Source: an uncultured Pseudomonadales bacterium
GTDB taxonomy: Bacteria > Patescibacteriota > Microgenomatia > UBA1400 > PJMF01
Reading direction: 5' to 3'
Assembly: GCA_964443885.1 (NCBI GenBank)
Contig: CAYUES010000002.1
Span: 1 to 48,586, forward strand
Length of the DNA: 48,586 bases
Below are positions 17,985 to 25,428 of this stretch, one piece after another. The notes under the pieces are model-generated. The model ran no database searches. It was not told the DNA's origin and saw only the letters and a program-made list of their open reading frames with translations. Positions within the stretch are counted from its first letter, which is position 1; the number at the start of each line of letters is the position of its first letter. Both the position numbers and the translations under genes were made by a program.

Positions 17985-18770
17985 TTACGTTGATTTGGTT
18001 GAAATCATATTTTTCAACCGTCCCAGATAGAGGGTAATACCACCCCATCCAGATACATGCCACTGTTGACCAATACTAAACAGCGTTGTTACCACCCAAT
18101 AGAGTGATAGTCCGGCTGGAAATTGAAGCGCTAGTATACCAATCATTACTGGCATTATGAAGATCATTTGCTGCTGCATGGTTTGAGCCATTTCTGCAAA
18201 GTCTTCTTCCTTTTTGTTTTCTTCTTGTACCTTTTTCTTTTTGCTTTCATTTGGAACGGCATCGACTTTTTCAGCACCCGGCGCAATCATTAACGAAAGG
18301 AACAGTTGGGTCAGACCAGCCAAGACCGGCAAAACATAGGTTGGATCGGGATTATTCAAACTCAAGCCCAAGAAGGTGGTATCGATCGTGACGCCATTCA
18401 CTTCTGGGGTACTCAAGAAATTAATCAGAACGTGGTAGAGAACATACGTCACCGCAATTTGGGCAATTTGTGGAATACAGCCAGCAAGAGGATTGATGTT
18501 GTACTTTTTGTAGAGCTCCATTTGAGCAGCTTGCATCGCTTTGTTGTCGCCTTTGTGTTTTTTCTTGAGTTTAGAAATTTCTGGCTGCAACTTTTTAATG
18601 TTGTTCATTGCTTTAAGAGAAGAGAGTGTCAGTGGGAAAATAAGCACCCGTACTAAGATCGTAAAAACAATCAGTGCAATACCGAGACTACCTAGCTGCT
18701 GATAGAGGAAAAAGATAACATTAAAGATTGCGCTTGAGATAACCTGCATAATTCCTTTTTTTAGTAACAC
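17985..18770 (-). CDS. yidC: Membrane protein insertase YidC (short monoderm type)
   Basis: Motifs are PLTLSSLKAMNNIKKLQPEISKLKKKHKGD...MELYKKYNINPLAGCIPQIAQI and FPAGLSLYWVVTTLFSIGQQ. Confidence 0.9.
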   Translation of the reverse strand: MLLKKGIMQVISSAIFNVIFFLYQQLGSLGIALIVFTILVRVLIFPLTLSSLKAMNNIKKLQPEISKLKKKHKGDNKAMQAAQMELYKKYNINPLAGCIPQIAQIAVTYVLYHVLINFLSTPEVNGVTIDTTFLGLSLNNPDPTYVLPVLAGLTQLFLSLMIAPGAEKVDAVPNESKKKKVQEENKKEEDFAEMAQTMQQQMIFIMPVMIGILALQFPAGLSLYWVVTTLFSIGQQWHVSGWGGITLYLGRLKNMISTKST

Positions 18771-18955
18771 GTCATTATACGTGAAAAACCTAAGATTGTT
18801 CCTCTCAAAATTCCGTGCTTTTTTATTGATAGTACCAAGTACTCACTACAAGTCGGTGTGTGCTTACAAACACTAATGGCAGAACCAAACAGTGAAGTCA
18901 AAAATGTTTGGCGAACTGCTCGAGTAAAACTAACGATCCACCAGATTATTTTCAT
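18761..18955 (-). CDS. yidD: Membrane protein insertion efficiency factor YidD
   Basis: 64 aa with CKHTPTCSEYLVLSIKKHGILRGTILGFSRIMTC. The gene lies between rnpA and yidC. Confidence 0.8.
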   Translation of the reverse strand: MKIIWWIVSFTRAVRQTFLTSLFGSAISVCKHTPTCSEYLVLSIKKHGILRGTILGFSRIMTCY

Positions 18956-19008
18956 GGTTGCTTTCGATTATACAGCGTGTAGTTTTAGCAAACGTGCGTC
19001 GATCTCAC

Positions 19009-19362
19009 CTATGCTGTCTTACTACTCGAAGCAGTCTTCTTTTGTGCTAGCTGCTGAACCAGCTGTTCTAGCTGTTTTTCCACCATCTCTGCAGAAAGAG
19101 GTCGTTGGACAATTAGCACCACCGATTGGTTCAAGGGTGCAATTCTTGCGAACTGTGCTTCGAGGTGTGTATACACCAAGCGCTTGGTAGCGTTGCGACC
19201 AGTTGCTAGCTTCACCACTCGTTTGGGGACAATCACAACACAACGAGAACTAGTTGTTTGTTCTCGGGTAAAGATCGTAAACGGCCCACTCTGTGATCTT
19301 CGAGCTTCGTCAAAGAAACTAGGCAGGGAGCGCAGAGTAAGTTTATATTTTTGAGGAAACAT
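19009..19362 (-). CDS. rnpA: Ribonuclease P protein component
   Basis: 117-aa basic protein immediately downstream of rpmH, with VIVPKRVVKLATGRNATKRLV (RNR-like motif). Confidence 0.8.
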   Translation of the reverse strand: MFPQKYKLTLRSLPSFFDEARRSQSGPFTIFTREQTTSSRCVVIVPKRVVKLATGRNATKRLVYTHLEAQFARIAPLNQSVVLIVQRPLSAEMVEKQLEQLVQQLAQKKTASSSKTA

Positions 19363-19367
19363 CTGAA

Positions 19368-19505
19368 TTACACAGCAAGTTTTTTGCGGCCTTTTTGGCG
19401 GCGACGTCGTAAGACGTTACGTCCACCAACTGTTCTCATGCGTTGTAAAAACCCATGCGTACGAGCCCGTTTCTTCTTTTTTGGATTCCATGTTCGTTTT
19501 GGCAT
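19368..19505 (-). CDS. rpmH: 50S ribosomal protein L34 (not in the ORF track, 45 aa)
   Basis: Hand translation: [45 protein letters not shown]. Confidence 0.92.
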   Translation of the reverse strand: MPKRTWNPKKKKRARTHGFLQRMRTVGGRNVLRRRRQKGRKKLAV

Positions 19506-19528
19506 AACAAGTTCGGTATTATATCAGA

Positions 19529-20638
19529 CTAAGTACTAACACGGAATGGCATAACTATATATCTAAAGCCAGGAAGCTCTTTTGATTGAAATAGCGCAGG
19601 TTTTAAGCTATCGTTCATCCCCATCCAGACTTCGGTTTGCTTGGCAGCTTGCAAAAAGTCGAGCAGATACTTGGCTTTAAACGCAATCACCCCACCTGGG
19701 CCAGTAATCTTAGCGGATGGCACTTCACCTGAGAAGTTTCCTAAAGTGGCAGAAGATGCTTTGATGACTACTTTTTCTGGAGACACTTCAAACTGAACAA
19801 TGTTAGAAGTATCTCTTGAGTAAATGGTGGCTCGTTTAACTTGTTCTAATAACTCATCGCTTGGAATAAGAACTTCACTAGCAAAACTGGCCGGAATAAT
19901 TTTTTCGTATGGAGGATATTCACCCCCCAGAACACGAGCGTAAATTTCAATACTATCGAACGAGATAAACACTTGCTTCAAGCTCTCTGAGACTGTGAAA
20001 ACAACTGTTTCAGACTGTAACTGAGCACTGATCCGACAGACCTCACTCAACGCCTTTGCGGGCAGGATGAACTCCATCGGTTTCTGGTCGGTTTCTGGTT
20101 TGAAGTCACAGACTGAAAGTCTAAATCCATCGGTAGCAACGACTCTAGTATTTTGTTCAGTCAGGATAAAGAGTGCCCCGGTCAAGAGTGGACGCGCTTG
20201 ATCTGCTGAAGTACTAAACAAAACCATCTGAGCAACTGCTTCAAGAACTTTTTTATGAATCTGGGCGACTTCACCAGTCACTTGGGGGAACTGTGGATAC
20301 TCACTGCAGTCCTGGCATTGGAGAGAGAAGTTGGTGTGAGCGGTTTTAATAGTGAGGGTCGTGGCGTCAAAACTGAGTTGCACTTCACCAGCTGGTAGAG
20401 AACCAATGATTTCTCTAAACTCTTTTCCTGGGACTGCAATCATTCCCGGTTTTTCTATTTGAGCTGCAATGGTGGCTTTGACTCCAAAGTACAAGTCTGT
20501 TGCGCCCAACGTACAAATGTTGTCGCTGACGGTTATGAGGATCGATGAAAGTATCGGTAACTGAGGTTTTGCAGGAATTGCCTTTTGTAGGTAATTAAGT
20601 GCATGTTGTAAATTTTCTTGTAGAACGACGATCTGCAT
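19529..20638 (-). CDS. dnaN: DNA polymerase III beta subunit (sliding clamp)
   Basis: 369 aa directly downstream of dnaA. It has a three-domain beta-clamp pattern (LQ.AL..L.KAIP.KPQLPILSSILI ... ATDGFRLS ... MPFRV). Confidence 0.9.
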   Translation of the reverse strand: MQIVVLQENLQHALNYLQKAIPAKPQLPILSSILITVSDNICTLGATDLYFGVKATIAAQIEKPGMIAVPGKEFREIIGSLPAGEVQLSFDATTLTIKTAHTNFSLQCQDCSEYPQFPQVTGEVAQIHKKVLEAVAQMVLFSTSADQARPLLTGALFILTEQNTRVVATDGFRLSVCDFKPETDQKPMEFILPAKALSEVCRISAQLQSETVVFTVSESLKQVFISFDSIEIYARVLGGEYPPYEKIIPASFASEVLIPSDELLEQVKRATIYSRDTSNIVQFEVSPEKVVIKASSATLGNFSGEVPSAKITGPGGVIAFKAKYLLDFLQAAKQTEVWMGMNDSLKPALFQSKELPGFRYIVMPFRVST

Positions 20639-20908
20639 ACTACAGTATTATATATAAATTAGTTGTAGTAATAGTAGGTAAACGGGATTTCGTTGAAAAA
20701 GCGGGTGTTTTAATCTGGTAATTGGTATGTGGGTAGAGTGTTGAAAGACGCCGCCCCGGTTTGTTGAAAAGCTCTGTGGATTACGGTGTACATCTCTGTG
20801 GAAAGCTCAAAGTTGTTAACAATCGCCGATTTTTGTTCACACACTATGCTAGTAGTTTTTGACACTTTGTACACATAGTTTTCCACGGTTGTGAATAACT
20901 ATGGCCAT
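20639..20908. other. Putative oriC element: cluster of DnaA-box-like sites plus an AT-rich stretch in the dnaA-dnaN spacer
   Basis: Each 9-mer is within 1-2 mismatches of TTATCCACA. They are 20775-20783 (TAATCCACA, rc), 20797-20805 (CTTTCCACA, rc), 20833-20841 TTGTTCACA, 20867-20875 TTGTACACA, 20879-20887 TTTTCCACG and 20890-20898 (TTATTCACA, rc). The AT-rich stretch at 20641-20680 reads tacagtattatatataaattagttgtagtaatagtagg. Confidence 0.55.
20647..20652 (-). promoter_or_regulatory. -10 box TATAAT, 8 nt upstream of the dnaN ATG
   Basis: The minus strand reads TATATAAT-ACTGTAGT-ATG. Confidence 0.4.
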
Positions 20909-22702
20909 TTACTTCGAAATCGCGGTAAGTGTCATCTGAAGTGCCGAGACGTCTTGGCGTAAATCGTCATTAAGAATTATTTCCTTTTCGATCTTTCTGA
21001 CAGCGTGTAAAACACTGGTGTGGTCGCGACTGGCAAACCAACGGCCAATTTCAGTCAATGGTAGTGAAAGCTCTTTTTTGAGTAGATACATCGCAATATG
21101 ACGCGCTGTAACAAGGTTTTTCAAACGACTCGAACCCTTTAGTGAGGACTGTTTGACGTGATAGTGATTGGCAACGGTTTTGAGGACGTCACCAGGCGAA
21201 ACTTTAATCCGTGGCCGCTTGACTTCAACCTCAACCTGGAGGATTTCTTCGATCAATTCTTGGTTCAATTCCTTCTTTTTGAGCTCAATTTCCGAGCGAA
21301 TACTGGTGATAATGCCTTCGATTTTGCGGGCACTATCGACTTTGGAAGCAACTATTTTGGCCAAATCGATAGTGATTGGAATTTGTTGCGCCTTGGCTTT
21401 GACCAAGACAATCGCGGTCCGCAGTTCAAACGAAGGTTGTTGAATATCGATCATTAAACCAGCCTCAAACCGAGATCGAAGTCTGTCTTCCAAAAGGGTG
21501 ATTTCATGGGGTGGCCGATCCGAAGTTAAGACGATTTGACTAAACTGTTTGGTGAGTGCATTGAAGGTATGAAAAAACTCTTCCTGGACCGCATTTTTGC
21601 CCGCAATGAACTGAATATCGTCGATCAGTAGCACATTGGCAGTGCGATATCGTTCTTTGAAGTGACTGGCTTTCTTAGTCTGGATAGCGTGGACGATGTC
21701 ATTTGTAAACTCTTCGCCAGTACAGTAGATGATCTTGGCGTTTGGATTGGCGCGCAAGATGTTATGACCAATCGCGTGCATCAAGTGGGTTTTGCCGACA
21801 CCCACCCCGCCATAGAAAAAGAGGGGATTGTAGGACTGGCCAGGTCTGTTGGAGACAGCGGTGGCGGCGGCGTGTGCCATTTCGTTGGTAGTAGAAACTG
21901 CAAAGGTGGCAAAAATGTAGTCGGTGCGCAGGCCAATCCCGCGCGCCTGCATCTGGTAACGTTCTTCTGCGGCATTGAGGATATTACTTTCAGAAAATAA
22001 ATCCTCCACTCGTGGTGACTGAGAACTTGGGTTTGCCCGTCCAGGCATTGGCGCCGCAAATGAAGTCATGTTTTGAGCCATCTCGTTGAGCGCCTGCTGG
22101 TTGCCACCGTTGGGGCGGCTCAGATTGGAGTCGCTAGAAGTTGGGTTTGAAGTTTGATTGGTGTTTTGGCTGGAGTTGGAACTAGAGTCGCGCTGGTTAG
22201 AACCCTGTGAGCGCATCACCTCACCACTGCCGTCAGTAAAGTTCTTGAGCGAAAAGCCTTCGAAGTTATTTTGTGATTGCGGTTGCTGCTGCTGCTCTTC
22301 TGGCAAATTCGAATTTTTGTTATAAGTATTTGCAGGTTGGCTTGAGGATTGGCCAAGTTGTGGCTGCATGACGTGGGCGAACCCCAACGGCTCTTTGTAG
22401 CGACTCGGCTTTGATTTGTGTGGATCGCCGACTTGATACTGAACTTCGCAGGTACGTTGTAAAACGGTGTCCAAGGCCTGCTTTACCTGGATATGAAGGT
22501 TCTTTTTTAGGTTTGTAGAGTGAAACGCAGTCGGACTAGTAATCGTGACGACCGCCCGCGCGTCATCGGGAAACCCAATCTCGGTAATTGGATTAGAAAG
22601 AATCCAGGTGTTGTAGACAGCAGGGCTCATGTTTTGCTGCAAAAGCCCACAATATTGTTGCCAAATCACTGAAACTTCTTGATGGGTGAGTGGTGTCTGC
22701 AT
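20909..22702 (-). CDS. dnaA: Chromosomal replication initiator DnaA, with a long Q/S/N-rich domain II linker
   Basis: The AAA+ Walker A motif is GGVGVGKTHL and Walker B is LLIDDIQF. The C-terminal DNA-binding domain is ARHIAMYLLKKELSLPLTEIGRWFASRDHTSVLHAVRKIE. The track start at 22720 is a TTG, so ATG 22702 (MQTPLTHQE) is preferred. Confidence 0.93.
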   Translation of the reverse strand: MQTPLTHQEVSVIWQQYCGLLQQNMSPAVYNTWILSNPITEIGFPDDARAVVTITSPTAFHSTNLKKNLHIQVKQALDTVLQRTCEVQYQVGDPHKSKPSRYKEPLGFAHVMQPQLGQSSSQPANTYNKNSNLPEEQQQQPQSQNNFEGFSLKNFTDGSGEVMRSQGSNQRDSSSNSSQNTNQTSNPTSSDSNLSRPNGGNQQALNEMAQNMTSFAAPMPGRANPSSQSPRVEDLFSESNILNAAEERYQMQARGIGLRTDYIFATFAVSTTNEMAHAAATAVSNRPGQSYNPLFFYGGVGVGKTHLMHAIGHNILRANPNAKIIYCTGEEFTNDIVHAIQTKKASHFKERYRTANVLLIDDIQFIAGKNAVQEEFFHTFNALTKQFSQIVLTSDRPPHEITLLEDRLRSRFEAGLMIDIQQPSFELRTAIVLVKAKAQQIPITIDLAKIVASKVDSARKIEGIITSIRSEIELKKKELNQELIEEILQVEVEVKRPRIKVSPGDVLKTVANHYHVKQSSLKGSSRLKNLVTARHIAMYLLKKELSLPLTEIGRWFASRDHTSVLHAVRKIEKEIILNDDLRQDVSALQMTLTAISK

Positions 22703-22813
22703 ACGTAAACTCCAGGCCAAAGCCTGTTTTAATCAATAAAAACTGATACAGAAAATAATAGTAAGGCACTGTAGTTATACACAGTGTTTTGCACACAATG
22801 CAAGCAGGAAAAG

Positions 22814-24985
22814 TTACTGTTGGACGATTCGGCTCGGTGGTTTGTAGTTATCAATTGAATCGGGTGTATAGGTGCGTCGTTCAGAATCTGCCAACGATTG
22901 GGTTGATCCAGGAACATTATTTGCTGCAGCAGGTTGTCCTGGAGTTGTTGGTGGTGCCGTGCCTAAGCCAGTTGGCGTTGCTTGATTGGTAGTTCCTGGT
23001 GTTTGTTGCTGTAAGCGCTGTTGTAATTGTGGCTGTCCACTCGGCATGCCAGGACGGGGTTGCGCAGTCTGTGGAGTTGCTCCTGGGCGTTGATTATAGC
23101 CAGAAGGTTGTGGCGGTTGGGCTTTTTGTAAGGCAGCATCAGCTTTAGCTTTTTCGGCAACTTTATTGCGACGGAAGACTTCTTCCGGATTAGTGGTGAT
23201 GAGCCCATGTTCTTCTTCACTCGCCACAACGCGCAGCGCCACGTGATTTTGTCCCGCAAAGAAAATTCCCTCTCCAACGTCAGCAGTCACGAGTAGTTGT
23301 CGTTCACCTTGAGAAAGATAAAATGTTTCGGCCAGAACTGGAATCGAAGCAGTTGATTGTTTCATCAAAAATTGAATTGAAGCGTTAGTCACGATTGCTT
23401 TTCCATAATCGGTATGCAAAAAGTCTTCAACGTCTTGGGTAATCGTGGTGATTCCTAAGTAGTACTTACGAGCGCGCTTGACCATCGAGAAAATAAACGA
23501 AGCAGAATCAGGATGCTTCATGAAGTACCAGGCCTCGTCGATAACCAAAATACGTTTTTTGAGATCTTTACGAATTCTAGTCCAGATAAAGTCCAAAATG
23601 ATGTACATGGCGATTGGCCGCATTTCATCTTCCATTTCTTTGACAGAAAAGACGGTCAGTTGGCTTTTGATATCGATGTTTGATTTTTGGTCGAAAATTC
23701 CGCGGAACGAACCAGTGATAAATTTTTCTAATCGAGCAGAAATGTCATCGGCGTCGTGATTTTCCATACCAATCAAGGCTTTGTAGACGTCTTCCATCAG
23801 CGGTGGTTCATTAACTTGGGTAGCTGGATCTGGCGTAATGCCCTTGGCTTTGTAAGCAGCCACCAGTGCGCGGTCGAGGAGTGCATCTTGTTGTGGAGTC
23901 ATCGTACCAAGCATTACTTTGAGCAAGCCGTGGAGTGAAATAATCTTTTGGCCAAGTTCGTTTTCACCTTCTTCGTATAAGTTGGCCAAGTCAAATGGAT
24001 TGATTTTGGTATCAGAGCCAAAGGTAAAGTTGATGTACTCACCACCAGCTGCCACAGTCAGATCTTCGTACTCATGCTCAGGATCCATGACGATCACTTC
24101 AGCCCCAAACATCATTTGGCGCAACACTTCGAGTTTAACGGTATACGATTTACCAGCACCAGACTTGGCAAAGATCACCATATTGGCATTTTCCATCTTG
24201 AAGCGGTCGAAGATCACCAGCGAGTCGTTGTGCTCATTAATGCCGTAGACGATACCGGTTTCCATGGTCAGTTCAGAAGAAGTAAACGGAAAGGTTGTCG
24301 CGAGCGAAGTGGTGTCCATGTTGCGCGTGACGAGGAGTTTGTCGGTGCCCATTGGCAGTGTCGTTTTGAAGCCTTCGTCCATCTGGAGAGTCGCTTTTTT
24401 GGAAACAATCAAGAGTGCTCCCAGTGTCGATTGAATACTCTTGGTAATCCGATCGAGTTCTTCTTTGTCTTTGGCTTGAATCGTAATGTACAACCCAAAC
24501 TGGAAAAACCGCTCCGAGCCTTTGGCTAGTTCTTCACGAATAAAGCGGGCATCTTCGAGCTTCACTTCAGTATTAATGTTAGAAATCTTGCCCGAGCGCA
24601 AATCTGACTGAATTTCAGCTTCCATTTCTGTAATCTTGCGCTTCAAGTTATCCAAGATCTCGGCTGAATCAACAGGAAAAACAAACATTGAAGTGGTAAT
24701 TTGGTGCGGATAGTTGATGAGTGGTGCCAACCAGTTGGCTGGTACGGTGCGGGGATAGCCGGCGATAAAAAGGGTGCGGGTGTAGGTCGAGTTTATTTTT
24801 TGATACGTAAAGTCAACTTCGATCGCTTCGGGCGCAATAATATCTTGGATCGTGACGAGACCGCGTGAAAACTGTTGGAGTTTTTCGAGGTTTTTTTGTT
24901 CTTGAACTTGCTCAGGAGTGAGCCCAGAATCTTTCTTTTTCTTGCCAAACGGTAAAGCTGGTAGGAGTGATGATAAATCAGGCAT
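22814..24985 (-). CDS. VirB4/TrbE/PrgJ-like type IV secretion ATPase with a Pro/Gln-rich C-terminal tail
   Basis: 723 aa. Walker A is AKSGAGKSYT and Walker B is RILVIDEAWYFM. The N-terminal region has a VirB4-type layout (IQDIIAPEAIEVDF...TRTLFIAGYPRTV). The last ~110 aa are low-complexity P/Q/T. Confidence 0.85.
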   Translation of the reverse strand: MPDLSSLLPALPFGKKKKDSGLTPEQVQEQKNLEKLQQFSRGLVTIQDIIAPEAIEVDFTYQKINSTYTRTLFIAGYPRTVPANWLAPLINYPHQITTSMFVFPVDSAEILDNLKRKITEMEAEIQSDLRSGKISNINTEVKLEDARFIREELAKGSERFFQFGLYITIQAKDKEELDRITKSIQSTLGALLIVSKKATLQMDEGFKTTLPMGTDKLLVTRNMDTTSLATTFPFTSSELTMETGIVYGINEHNDSLVIFDRFKMENANMVIFAKSGAGKSYTVKLEVLRQMMFGAEVIVMDPEHEYEDLTVAAGGEYINFTFGSDTKINPFDLANLYEEGENELGQKIISLHGLLKVMLGTMTPQQDALLDRALVAAYKAKGITPDPATQVNEPPLMEDVYKALIGMENHDADDISARLEKFITGSFRGIFDQKSNIDIKSQLTVFSVKEMEDEMRPIAMYIILDFIWTRIRKDLKKRILVIDEAWYFMKHPDSASFIFSMVKRARKYYLGITTITQDVEDFLHTDYGKAIVTNASIQFLMKQSTASIPVLAETFYLSQGERQLLVTADVGEGIFFAGQNHVALRVVASEEEHGLITTNPEEVFRRNKVAEKAKADAALQKAQPPQPSGYNQRPGATPQTAQPRPGMPSGQPQLQQRLQQQTPGTTNQATPTGLGTAPPTTPGQPAAANNVPGSTQSLADSERRTYTPDSIDNYKPPSRIVQQ

Positions 24986-24992
24986 TATTTGT

Positions 24993-24998
24993 ATTGTA
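24993..24998 (-). promoter_or_regulatory. -10 box TACAAT, 7 nt upstream of the VirB4-like ATG (leaderless-type)
   Basis: The minus strand reads AGTACAAT-ACAAATA-ATG. Confidence 0.45.
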
Positions 24999-25028
24999 CT
25001 GGTATTTTACCTCAGAGTAAAAGTGTGA

Positions 25029-25388
25029 TTAAAAACCGAGCGTCCTTCGAAAGATGTTAGTGTTTCTATTTACGGGCGCGCCATGTTTGTTTTTCTTTAA
25101 ATTTGTGGGTGAAAGTAGAATTTCAAAACGATTCGTTCTTCGAGTAGAAATTAAATCACCATCTAAATCATTGGCGCGGCGAGTCATCAATGAACTCATC
25201 CAAATAAAAACTAAAATGAAGATAGCGACGTTAAAGACAAGATACTCAGTTAAAAAGTATAATGGAAAAATTTCTGTAAAAGGCAATAAAAAGAGAATCA
25301 TCAATCCAATTCCAAACCAGTACTCTTGCCGACCAATTCTGCCAGAGTACAAACTTGAAAAAACTGATCGAGAAGGTGCTTCCTTCAT
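25029..25388 (-). CDS. DUF805-family small membrane protein
   Basis: 119 aa. GRIGRQEYWFGIGLMILF is the DUF805 hallmark, followed by further TM helices. Confidence 0.65.
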   Translation of the reverse strand: MKEAPSRSVFSSLYSGRIGRQEYWFGIGLMILFLLPFTEIFPLYFLTEYLVFNVAIFILVFIWMSSLMTRRANDLDGDLISTRRTNRFEILLSPTNLKKNKHGAPVNRNTNIFRRTLGF

Positions 25389-25428
25389 AAGTATCTAAAT
25401 AGTACTACCAAATTTTATTTGTAAGAGT

